The notes beneath the pieces are model-generated. The model was not told the DNA's origin and ran no database searches. It saw nothing but the letters and a program-made list of their open reading frames with translations. 64,000 nucleotides of DNA, taken from the NCBI GenBank assembly GCA_963696715.1, contig CAVOLC010000004.1:13616-77615 (forward strand). The letters are read 5' to 3'. The stretch comes from an uncultured Acidobacteriota bacterium. GTDB taxonomy: Bacteria; Acidobacteriota; Terriglobia; Acidiferrales; UBA7541. Below, piece by piece: positions 19,885 through 27,837 of the stretch; the first letter of the stretch is position 1, and every line of letters begins with the position of its first letter. Made by a program: the position numbers and the translations under genes.

Positions 19885-20110
19885 GATTAACGCTGCCAGC
19901 TCAACCGGTCGACGCAACACCATCCAATACATTGATTCGACAATGCTTCCCCGGGAGAAGCGATCCGTTTGGCTGTACTCGGTCAAAACCTAGCCAGGGT
20001 AGTGTTCCGGCTGATCTAACCCTAGCGAGCGATTTAGCCTTTGTTTTCGATGCAAGTCGGGTTCGACCTAAGTGTTGCGTCGACCCATTGAGACCACCCG
20101 ACTTACCAGG
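19885..20110 (+). repeat. 225-bp repeat, copy 3 (core 19897-20094, same orientation as copy 1)
   Basis: Near-identical to 10921-11145. Confidence 0.85.
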
Positions 20111-20189
20111 CACTACCGGCGAGTTGGAAACTGACGACAACCCGGCAGAAAGGAAGGATACTAGCGTTCGCAAAAGGAGGTCGGCAAGC

Positions 20190-20870
20190 ATGACAGAACG
20201 ATTCGCCAAAGGCCCGAGCACGTGCGTTTCAAAGATAATCAAGGCACCGCGTACGGCGATCTATCAGGCTTTCCTGGACCCGGACTCCGTGGCCTTATGG
20301 CTTTCGCCGGACAATATGAAAGGCCAGGTGCATGCCTTCGACGCACGGGAAGGTGGCATATTCCGAATGTCGCTCACGTACTTAGACCCACAGCATTCAT
20401 TGGGCGGCAAAACTTCCGAAGACACGGATACTTTCCAAGGGAGATTTGTCGAATTGGTCCCCTACTCGAAGATTGTGGAAGTCGTTGAGTTCGAGTCGCA
20501 GGACCCGGCATTTGCAGGCGAGATGAGACTTACCGTTAGCCTCGCCGACGTCGATGGAGGAACCGAAGTTACAATACTCTGTCAGGACATACCAATAGGA
20601 ATTCGGCCCGAAGATAACGAACTAGGCTGCAGGGAATCTCTGCAGAAGCTAGCTGCTCTCATGTCAGTGCCTTCCATGAGAAGGCCGGTGAGTGTCAAGC
20701 GTTTTCTCTCGTTTCTCGTTTCTCTTTTCTCTTTTTTCTTTCTTCTTCTTTATTTCTTCTTTTTCCAAATTGTTCCCATGAGCCAAGCCGCCTCTGTCGC
20801 CACCCTTCCATCCGCACTCTTTGTTGAGCGATGGTCGCTCGGTGCAAGTTGGGTGTACTCGATCCAGTAG
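20190..20870 (+). CDS. SRPBCC/AHSA1-like protein whose 3' end runs into the IS110-like element
   Basis: RBS AAGGAGG is followed by the ATG at 20190. MTERFAKGPSTCVSKIIKAPRTAIYQAFLDPDSVALWL... is Activator-of-Hsp90-ATPase-like. From about 20671 the ORF reads through the repeat and polypyrimidine tract (…FSFFFLLLYFFFF…). Confidence 0.7.
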   Translation: MTERFAKGPSTCVSKIIKAPRTAIYQAFLDPDSVALWLSPDNMKGQVHAFDAREGGIFRMSLTYLDPQHSLGGKTSEDTDTFQGRFVELVPYSKIVEVVEFESQDPAFAGEMRLTVSLADVDGGTEVTILCQDIPIGIRPEDNELGCRESLQKLAALMSVPSMRRPVSVKRFLSFLVSLFSFFFLLLYFFFFQIVPMSQAASVATLPSALFVERWSLGASWVYSIQ

Positions 20871-22320
20871 GTGCTGCTACCTGATTAGCGACCTCTGTTC
20901 CCCCTTTCGAAGGAAACTGGTCCAGGCACTGTCGCAGTCACCTGATCTCGGCGGTCGAGCTCGGCTGTTTGGATACCCTCTCTCTTCTTTCCTTCTTCTT
21001 TGCTCCTTTTTTTCTTTCTTCCTGACTTTCTCAGTTTTTCACAGAGAAATTTCGCGCCAGGATCGCCTAGGAACGACGATGGCCAACTCCCTCGACCCCT
21101 AGCATCCCCGGTTTTGTGGAGAGCTCTTCACTCTAGGCCACGGCACGCATCTCTTTGTGGCTATTGTGCAGTGGTTCGTAGACCTCTCCATTCACCCACA
21201 ACCGATGCAGCAGTACCGCTAGCTTTCTCGCCACAGCAACCACGGCTCGTTTCTTGGCATTTTTCCCACCGCGCGCCGCCAGTTTTAGACCCCAACGCCG
21301 TAGATCACTGTCTGCTCCAAAGGGTCCCAGGATGTAGTGCGCCCCCTGCACCAGCATGGTCCTCAAATAAGGGTCTCCTTCTTTACTGATGTGCTTCTGT
21401 GGTTCGCTCTGCCCCGAGTTCCGACGGCCAGGTCGCAACCCCAGAAAACAGCCGACATCCCGACTCTTCCGGAAGCGATGCGGATCTTCCAGGGTCAGCA
21501 CATAGGTCAGCGCGATCTGTGTTCCTACACCCTTCACCTGTTTGAGCAGCGCGACTTGCGGGTAGCTCTCCTTGGCGATTTTCTCCATCCGTGCGTCGTA
21601 TTCCTGGATACCCTCGTTCAACGATTCGACTTCTTTGAGCAACGGCTCCAGAACCTCGCGCAACTCGGTGCACCATCCCGCGGCCAGCTCCCGGCTCACC
21701 TGCTGCGTGCCACACCGGGGCAGTCGTAGGCCATAAGACTTCACCAACCCGCGGGCGGCGTTCACCAAGGCGGTTCGCGCACGCACTAGTTCGGCCCGCG
21801 CCCGGATCACCGTCAGGTGGATTTGCGCCTGGGCACTGCGATGCCGCACCGGCCCCAACAGCTCGGGATCGATTCGTGCCAGCCGTGCCAGGGTTCGCGC
21901 ATCGTGTCGATCATCTTTTCGAGTGCTCTTGGTAATCAATTGCACCTTTTGCGCGTGCGCCACGAGCACCTGGTGTCCCAGCTTGCTTAGCAGCCGGCTT
22001 ACCCAAGGAGAATGTGTTCCGGTCTCCATGGCAATAAGACCCCGCGGTATCTTCTCAAATATCTGTTTCATCGCTTCCGGTGTCGTCGCCACTTTCTGTT
22101 CCAGAAGGATTTCGCCCGCTTCATCCAAAACGCAGTAGCACGACCAGCGATCTCCCAGATCCAGACCGATCGTGAGCTTGTGTCCTTTGAAAATCATGTT
22201 TCCCTTTACCCGAACAGTGCTAGTCTTTTTCATAGCCGGTCTCCTTTTCTCGTGCGCTTCGAGCGCGTCGATCATTGGGAGCGTATCGCATCCCGCTGGA
22301 GACCGGCCTTCTCATCCCAT
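20671..22320 (-). mobile_element. IS110-family (IS1111-like architecture) insertion sequence, ~1.65 kb
   Basis: A 14-bp perfect sub-terminal inverted repeat ATGAGAAGGCCGGT lies at 20676-20689 and ACCGGCCTTCTCAT at 22302-22315. There is ~80 bp of 5' non-coding sequence and ~457 bp of 3' non-coding sequence after the transposase. Confidence 0.65.
21133..22233 (-). CDS. IS110-family transposase (DEDD recombinase)
   Basis: LTIGLDLGDRWSCYCVLDE..., GLIAMETGTHS and ...KDDRHDARTLARL mark the N-terminal DEDD domain. GVGTQIALTYV marks the C-terminal Transposase_20-like domain. Confidence 0.85.
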   Translation of the reverse strand: MKKTSTVRVKGNMIFKGHKLTIGLDLGDRWSCYCVLDEAGEILLEQKVATTPEAMKQIFEKIPRGLIAMETGTHSPWVSRLLSKLGHQVLVAHAQKVQLITKSTRKDDRHDARTLARLARIDPELLGPVRHRSAQAQIHLTVIRARAELVRARTALVNAARGLVKSYGLRLPRCGTQQVSRELAAGWCTELREVLEPLLKEVESLNEGIQEYDARMEKIAKESYPQVALLKQVKGVGTQIALTYVLTLEDPHRFRKSRDVGCFLGLRPGRRNSGQSEPQKHISKEGDPYLRTMLVQGAHYILGPFGADSDLRRWGLKLAARGGKNAKKRAVVAVARKLAVLLHRLWVNGEVYEPLHNSHKEMRAVA

Positions 22321-22456
22321 CTGATTAACTAATCGGAAAAGTAGAGTACTAGCCCGGAACATGTTCGATTATCCGACTTACGAACGCCCGAACCACAACA
22401 GTATTCGCGACCCCAGTTCAGTCCTTATAGAGGCACGGTATGCTAAGGTAATCTCA

Positions 22457-22963
22457 ATGCAGCTTGCCCTTTCCAACTGGATTCGAGTTTTGCTCGGAAC
22501 GTTGTTCATATTGTTTGTGTTTTCATCTTTAGCTCCACAGGAAACGCAAATCAATGCACTTGCGGAACAGATGGCGGAATCGCTCGCCCACTCCAAGCAG
22601 AAGATGGTGGCAGTCTTTGCTTTCGTCGGACCTGATGAAACGGAGGCTCTCGGCCAAAAGCTCGCTGATGAGTTTCGCGAAGCACTCGTCAAATCGGCAC
22701 ACAGTTTTCGAGTGGAAGATAGCTCTCGGTTCCTGGGAATACTGGGGAAGAATGGCGCGTTATCTGCAAGCATCGATGATGCAAACACCGCTTCGTGGTT
22801 TCTTCGCGACTCCGATGCGGACACTTCGATCTTAGGCACGGTATCGGACGAAAGCGGCGGTTTGAAGATATCTGTGTAGGCCGTTCGCGTACGGGACTCT
22901 CATCAGATTTGCAAGTTCGAGACGTCCATGCCTCTTACCGACGACCTAAAGGCAATTGTATAA
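22457..22963 (+). pseudogene. Secreted/membrane-anchored hypothetical protein interrupted by an in-frame TAG
   Basis: MQLALSNWIRVLLGTLFILFVFSS is a TM/signal segment. The ORF stops at TAG 22877-22879, but the same frame stays open for 27 more sense codons (AVRVRDSHQICKFETSMPLTDDLKAIV) to the TAA at 22961-22963. Confidence 0.4.
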
Positions 22964-23044
22964 CTGAGAACATCCATATCATCGGAATGTCGAAAGAAAG
23001 GGCTATCTTTACCTCTAGATTAGCGGGGACGAAACTCTACAATC

Positions 23045-23854
23045 ATGGATCAGATCTCCCAGCAGCCGATCAGACGATTTCCACGCCTAGCGACAGGACG
23101 TGAAACTGCGGCTTTCAAGAAAGTGCTTTGGAGTAAGACAAATTTAAAGTTGAAAGTGAAAAAGAAGCCTCCTTCTGTGGAATTTTGCTTCGATCTTCCT
23201 CTTCCTCAAGACATTGCGCGCTTGTATCCATCGGTGAAAACCTTATTCTTCGGGCCCGGCGCTGATGCTTTCGAGAAAGATTTATCGCGGGCTTACTGGG
23301 GCGTCAGTTCGGGGAAGAAAGTCAGCAACTTCATACCGAACTTATTGCATTTGGTTTATCGGAATGCAATCAATCGGTGGTTGGAGAGAGCCTGGAAGGC
23401 TGTACCTGGACGAACAAAAAAAGAAATCTCCGATTACGAAGATCAAGCCACGAAAAAGAGGGGGAAACAACCTGACGCTATCGCGGCTCTTTGGGCGGTG
23501 CATCGATTTGAGAGCCTGCAGAAACAGCTGAAGTCTCTCAGGAACTCTTATGCACTTAAAAAGTTTGACAGACCGTCAATGTGGCGTCGTGCTGAAAGTA
23601 TCGTAACACGCGATGTTTTGTCCAAGACCTTGAAGACACTCGTCGGCAACGAAAACATAGACGCTATTTTCGTGGACAGGCGTGTCACAGAGGAGCGAAT
23701 CGCGCTCGTAATGCTCAGAATAGAATTCGATCAAAAATATCCTGAAGAATCAAATCGTGGAATTACTTTGAAAAAATATCTTTCGCTTGGTGAAGAGTTA
23801 AGACTTGCGCTTTCCGCGGTTCCCAAGCCTCACGTGATCCGGTCCTCCTCATAG
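23045..23854 (+). CDS. Hypothetical protein (269 aa), island-borne, no recognisable domain
   Basis: Clean ORF in the AT-richer island end, immediately upstream of the rep-like gene. Confidence 0.55.
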   Translation: MDQISQQPIRRFPRLATGRETAAFKKVLWSKTNLKLKVKKKPPSVEFCFDLPLPQDIARLYPSVKTLFFGPGADAFEKDLSRAYWGVSSGKKVSNFIPNLLHLVYRNAINRWLERAWKAVPGRTKKEISDYEDQATKKRGKQPDAIAALWAVHRFESLQKQLKSLRNSYALKKFDRPSMWRRAESIVTRDVLSKTLKTLVGNENIDAIFVDRRVTEERIALVMLRIEFDQKYPEESNRGITLKKYLSLGEELRLALSAVPKPHVIRSSS

Positions 23855-23946
23855 CTGGTACCAGCTACCCTTACCCTAATTTGCGTTCCCGGGCAATACT
23901 CGCTTTGTATCGAGAGATTAGCTGCGGTCTAAGGGAGTCACAGAAC

Positions 23947-24813
23947 ATGCCAGCTCACAAACTTGTATTGCTTTGCAAGAACATACGTCGACCCTATTTG
24001 GGCACGGTCAAACTTCTCGGTAAGCGGGTCGGAGGATATTCCCGCTACATCGATTTGAGAGAAGGGGAAGAACGGCTGCCGGTGCGTCTTTATCAGGGAG
24101 GCATCCACGACGGCATCAATAAACTTCAATTTGATGACGAAATTGCCCAGCTCGGATTGACAAAAACACGAGAGATTGTAAACGCCATCTGCGGTCCCCG
24201 CGACGAAGTCAGGATTTCAAGGATCGATTGGTGCCTCGATCTACCTGGCATTTCCGTTGTTGATCTGGCGTTGTACTGTCGCGTTGCACGATCGCAGACG
24301 TTTGCCCTTCACCGGTCCCGTAGCGGCATAACATTCTATCTCCGACGCTCAAAGGCCTTTACCCTGCTGTTTTACGATTGGGTGGGCAAGCGCCGCGCGA
24401 GCCATCATCCGTTAGCGAGGTTCTATGGGCCGAACGATCACCTCACCAGGATCGAAGTGCAACTAAGAGGTCGCGGACTGCCTTTTCGGGACTTTGACGA
24501 AATTGAAGACTATGCGGAGATGCACCTTCTGTTAAATCTCTCGTTCTGGGAATTCGGACTCAAAAAGAAAAGACTGACAGTGATGCAGGATTTAGCAGCT
24601 GAAGGATTTCTCAAAAGGATCGAACAATACGGGGTCGCAGGAACATCCAAATTGTATAGCCCTCAAGTGTTTGCCGGCCTCTGCAAAAAGTTTCTGATCC
24701 CAGCCAGTAAATCGCCTGTTCCTGACCTAGACGAGCTCATGCAAAAAAGTAAACGTGATTGGCTGGAAGATCGTATTCGATTCCCTCGGCTTCGCGAACC
24801 GGACGCACAATGA
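23947..24813 (+). CDS. Replication initiation factor-like protein (Rep_trans-type, rolling-circle)
   Basis: RBS AAGGGAG is followed by the ATG at 23947. Three motifs resemble Rep_trans: SRIDWCLDL, ITFYLRRSKAFTLLFYDW and LTRIEVQLRG. Confidence 0.55.
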   Translation: MPAHKLVLLCKNIRRPYLGTVKLLGKRVGGYSRYIDLREGEERLPVRLYQGGIHDGINKLQFDDEIAQLGLTKTREIVNAICGPRDEVRISRIDWCLDLPGISVVDLALYCRVARSQTFALHRSRSGITFYLRRSKAFTLLFYDWVGKRRASHHPLARFYGPNDHLTRIEVQLRGRGLPFRDFDEIEDYAEMHLLLNLSFWEFGLKKKRLTVMQDLAAEGFLKRIEQYGVAGTSKLYSPQVFAGLCKKFLIPASKSPVPDLDELMQKSKRDWLEDRIRFPRLREPDAQ

Positions 24814-24954
24814 TCGGACTACATGGGGCTAGGAAGATGTCGCTTTGCCTGTATGTACCATATAGTACCCTAAGTGCGTCCAAATGTTTGCAGAGCAGTA
24901 ATCATTTAAAGGTGGCATTCATAATCTCGTTCCAATGGATGCAGGGACTACGTC

Positions 24955-25161
24955 ATGCCACTTGAGCGCGACGGTCACGATGGCGTTCGCCTCTTGAATG
25001 TGCGAGAGGCAGCCCGTTTCCTGGGAACCACGCCGAAAACGCTATACACGATGGTCTGGCGGCGCGGGATTGTGTTTGTGAAGATTGGCCGCAGCCTACG
25101 ATTTGATGTGAGGGACCTCGAACAAATTATCGAAAAAGCGAAGGTCAGGCCAAGCCAGTAA
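24955..25161 (+). CDS. Excisionase-family (AlpA/MerR-like) helix-turn-helix DNA-binding protein
   Basis: LLNVREAARFLGTTPKTLYTMVWRRGIVFVKIGRSLRFDVRDLEQ is the classic excisionase-type HTH. It sits directly upstream of the integrase. Confidence 0.75.
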   Translation: MPLERDGHDGVRLLNVREAARFLGTTPKTLYTMVWRRGIVFVKIGRSLRFDVRDLEQIIEKAKVRPSQ

Positions 25162-25193
25162 AGCAAGAAGGAAGGGGAGGTAGGGGAGAAAAC

Positions 25194-26210
25194 ATGGGCC
25201 TGTACAAGAAAGGAGAGTTATGGGGTATCGACTATTACGATGGGTGTCGGCGTCGAAGGAAACTCGTTGGATCGTCGAAGAGTCAAGCCAAGAGGGAACT
25301 CTCGAAAAGGAAAGAAGAGCGTGCTTGTGGCCGGTCCGAAGATTCCCCAAGAGTGGAAGACCTACCATTCGACCAGTTCGCGGAGCGGTACAGGGAGGAC
25401 GCAAGAGTCACCAAGCGGGGATTCCGCAATGAAAGCTATCGAATCGATCAAATCTGCGAATTTTTCGGAAAGTGTAAGCTATCTGCCCTCACAGGCGGAC
25501 ACGGGCAACAGTTCAAAATGCATACGAGCAGACGTGTCGGTCCGGCGGCCGCAAACCGATTGCTAGGCAACTTGAAGCACATGGGTTCGAGCGCAGTGGC
25601 CTGGAACAATCTATCTACCAACCCGTTTAAGGATCTGAAGTTACTAAAGGTTCCCAAGCGCCCCGAACGAATTCTTACGAAAGAAGAGGAGAATCGACTC
25701 CTGGCGTCTTGTAGTCAAGTTCGCGCGCCCCTTCTGCTAACGAGCGTCTTGATTGCGTTGAATACCGGAATGCGCAAGGGCGAGATTCATGGACTTAGAT
25801 GGGAACATGTAGATCTTCCGAATCGATTTATCTCCGTCTGGAACGGCAAGACAAACGAAAGTGACCGACGCATTCCGATGAACGAAGTTGTCTTCGAGCT
25901 ACTAACCCATCTCTCCCAACAACCTAAGGACGAATTTGTTTTTCCCAGCCCTCGGAAAAAGGGCGAACCATTTCGAGACCCGAAAGTGGGGTTTATGAAG
26001 GCCGTGCAACTGGCGAAGATTCCCCATATACGCTTTCATGATCTTCGACACACGTTCGCAACTCGTCTCGTGCGTGCGGGAGTCGATATTGTTACTGTTC
26101 AACATCTACTGGGGCACAGCAATATAAAAATGACGTCCCGCTATGCTCATTCGGACGCTGATGCTAAAATGCAAGCAGTTAAGCGTCTGGATTTCACTGG
26201 TGTTCGCTGA
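25194..26210 (+). CDS. Tyrosine-type site-specific integrase
   Basis: The C-terminal catalytic region has ...GMRKGEIHGLRW...HDLRHTFATRLVRAGVDIVTVQHLLGHSNIKMTSRYAH (R..HxxR..Y). Confidence 0.9.
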   Translation: MGLYKKGELWGIDYYDGCRRRRKLVGSSKSQAKRELSKRKEERACGRSEDSPRVEDLPFDQFAERYREDARVTKRGFRNESYRIDQICEFFGKCKLSALTGGHGQQFKMHTSRRVGPAAANRLLGNLKHMGSSAVAWNNLSTNPFKDLKLLKVPKRPERILTKEEENRLLASCSQVRAPLLLTSVLIALNTGMRKGEIHGLRWEHVDLPNRFISVWNGKTNESDRRIPMNEVVFELLTHLSQQPKDEFVFPSPRKKGEPFRDPKVGFMKAVQLAKIPHIRFHDLRHTFATRLVRAGVDIVTVQHLLGHSNIKMTSRYAHSDADAKMQAVKRLDFTGVR

Positions 26211-26222
26211 TTTTTGATCCAT

Positions 26223-26340
26223 ACCGGACGCTAAACGGACGTTGAGCTGTTATTTGACGAAAGCAGCGAATCGCGTAAGATGTTACCCACCAGTAAGCTG
26301 GGCCTGTAGCTCAGGTGGCTAGAGCGCGCCCCTGATAAGG
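26223..26340 (+). repeat. Right copy of the 118-bp direct repeat; putative attR
   Basis: See 5087-5204. It begins 12 bp after the integrase stop and ends in the anticodon stem of the intact tRNA-Ile. Confidence 0.8.
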
Positions 26341-26376
26341 GCGAGGTCGGTGGTTCAAGTCCACCCAGGCCCACCA
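26300..26376 (+). tRNA. tRNA-Ile (anticodon GAU)
   Basis: Manual cloverleaf: acceptor GGGCCTG/CAGGCCC, D arm GCTC/GAGC, anticodon stem CGCCC/GGGCG with loop CTGATAA, T arm GGTGG-TTCAAGT-CCACC, and encoded ACCA. Confidence 0.9.
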
Positions 26377-26396
26377 TTCAAATCAGGTCCGGCCCG

Positions 26397-27667
26397 GAGA
26401 CATGGGTGACACAACGTACCTAAGACATAGGTAACACTTTTGGGCCGAAGGGATTTTCGAGCGGTTCGAGCACCCGAGTCTCCAGATCGAAGTATCCCAG
26501 ATCATAATCCATAAAGCTCACCAGCCAGATATCGTCGTGCACTTCTTTGATGCCGACGGCTTGGCCGGCAAAGACCTGGCTGAAATTGATTTTCTTATTG
26601 CCCAGACAGATGCGCCCGCATCGAGTGACCACGATAGTTTTATCGTGGAGGGGATAGTCGATGTCCGGCAAGCCGGTGTAGGGACGCGGGGAAGGTTGGT
26701 AGACCTCCGCGGGACACTTCATGTCCAGAGCTTCGTGAGGACGCTCCTGGTTGAAGATCTCGATGAAGTCATCGAACTTGGCCTGCTGCTGAAGAAAGTT
26801 TGAACCAGCTGGCTTGGTAGTTTCTTTCTTCAAGGTCAGATGCATGCGCTCATGGCGGCCATTTTGCTGGGGATGGCCCGGCTTGATTCGTTCAATGCCG
26901 ATACCCAGCCTGAGCCACCAAACCGCCAGCTTGCTCAGGTTGAACAAAGCGTGAGCGGAAGCGAAGGGAACACCGTTATCGCTACGGATGTTGGCCGGCA
27001 GGCCGCGCTCCTTAAAAAGCCTTTCAAACACGGTGAAAGCGTAGTCTTCCTTGGTGGAAGAGAGGGCTTCACAAGTGAGCAGAAAACGGCTGGCGTGATC
27101 GGTGACCGTCAGCGGAAAGCAGTATTGGTGATTTCCCAGCAAGAACTCGCCTTTGTAATCGGTACACCACAACTCATTGGGTCGCTGGCCTAACGAGAGC
27201 GGCGTCCCTTGGGCGCGACGACGCACGCGACCGCAGCGCTCCACCAGACCGTAGCGATCCAGCACCGCATGGATGGTACTTTTGGCCGGGATGGGAATAC
27301 CGGAGAACCGGCGCAGCAAGCGCTCACGGATTTTACGAGCACCCCAGCTGGGGTGCTCGTGCTTTACGTTCAAGATGAAGTTTTCCACCTGGAACGGAAG
27401 TTGGTTAGCGTAGCGATACGGACGACGGCTTCTGTCCGTGAGCCCCTGCATGCCGCATTCCTGATAGCGGTCGAAGATCTTGTAGCCGGTCTTGCGGGAG
27501 ATACCAAACTCCCTGCAAAGTTCCGCCATCGCCTCGCCGGCTAGCCGGCGAGCCACAAACTGCAGTCTTTCATCCATTACCGAACACTCCTTCCAAGGCA
27601 TCACTCCCTCCCCTTTACGGGGAAAAGTGTCACCTATGTGTCCGGTACAATGTGTTACCTATGTCTC
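26397..27667 (-). mobile_element. IS481-family insertion sequence (~1.27 kb) about 20 bp downstream of tRNA-Ile
   Basis: Imperfect terminal IRs of ~45 bp: GAGACATGGGTGACACAACGTACC..ACATAGGTAACACTTTT versus the reverse complement GAGACATAGGTAACACATTGTACC..ACATAGGTGACACTTTT. I could not define a target duplication. Confidence 0.7.
26420..27604 (-). CDS. IS481-family transposase (rve integrase core)
   Basis: MPWKECSVMDERLQFV... and HTH (LCREFGISRKTGYKIFDRY) are present. DDE core: WCTDYKGEF..., IRSDNGVPF..., GHPQQNGRHERMH. Confidence 0.85.
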   Translation of the reverse strand: MMPWKECSVMDERLQFVARRLAGEAMAELCREFGISRKTGYKIFDRYQECGMQGLTDRSRRPYRYANQLPFQVENFILNVKHEHPSWGARKIRERLLRRFSGIPIPAKSTIHAVLDRYGLVERCGRVRRRAQGTPLSLGQRPNELWCTDYKGEFLLGNHQYCFPLTVTDHASRFLLTCEALSSTKEDYAFTVFERLFKERGLPANIRSDNGVPFASAHALFNLSKLAVWWLRLGIGIERIKPGHPQQNGRHERMHLTLKKETTKPAGSNFLQQQAKFDDFIEIFNQERPHEALDMKCPAEVYQPSPRPYTGLPDIDYPLHDKTIVVTRCGRICLGNKKINFSQVFAGQAVGIKEVHDDIWLVSFMDYDLGYFDLETRVLEPLENPFGPKVLPMS

Positions 27668-27837
27668 AGGCCGCTCACCAATCCATTGGAGACAACAGCG
27701 TTTTCCGTGCTTGTCGACTGTGCCGATCTGTCGCGATTTCGCCAGGCTCGCGTGATTTTATGGCGAGTGACAAGAACGGCGTCACTTGCTCCAGGCAAAT
27801 AAGACAATCTACAGGTTGTGCTAAAATCATTGAAGAT

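Noticed and set aside
19845-20189. N-terminal 115 codons of the track ORF 19845-20870.
   Set aside because: This part is translated from the 225-bp repeat. A strong RBS plus ATG at 20190 begins the recognisable SRPBCC domain.
24814-24954. Possible replication origin or nick site between the rep-like gene and xis (near-palindrome GTACCATATAGTAC).
   Set aside because: The palindrome is imperfect and there are no iterons. The evidence is not enough to call an origin.
26377-26420. Target-site duplication for the IS481 element.
   Set aside because: The flanks (…GGCCCG | … | AGGCCG…) share only a 4-5-bp GC-rich string that could be chance, so the boundaries are given as approximate.
27652-27837. 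N-terminal extension of the DUF882 ORF.
   Set aside because: It starts inside the right inverted repeat of the IS481 element, and the signal-peptide-like sequence begins only at the ATG at 27838.
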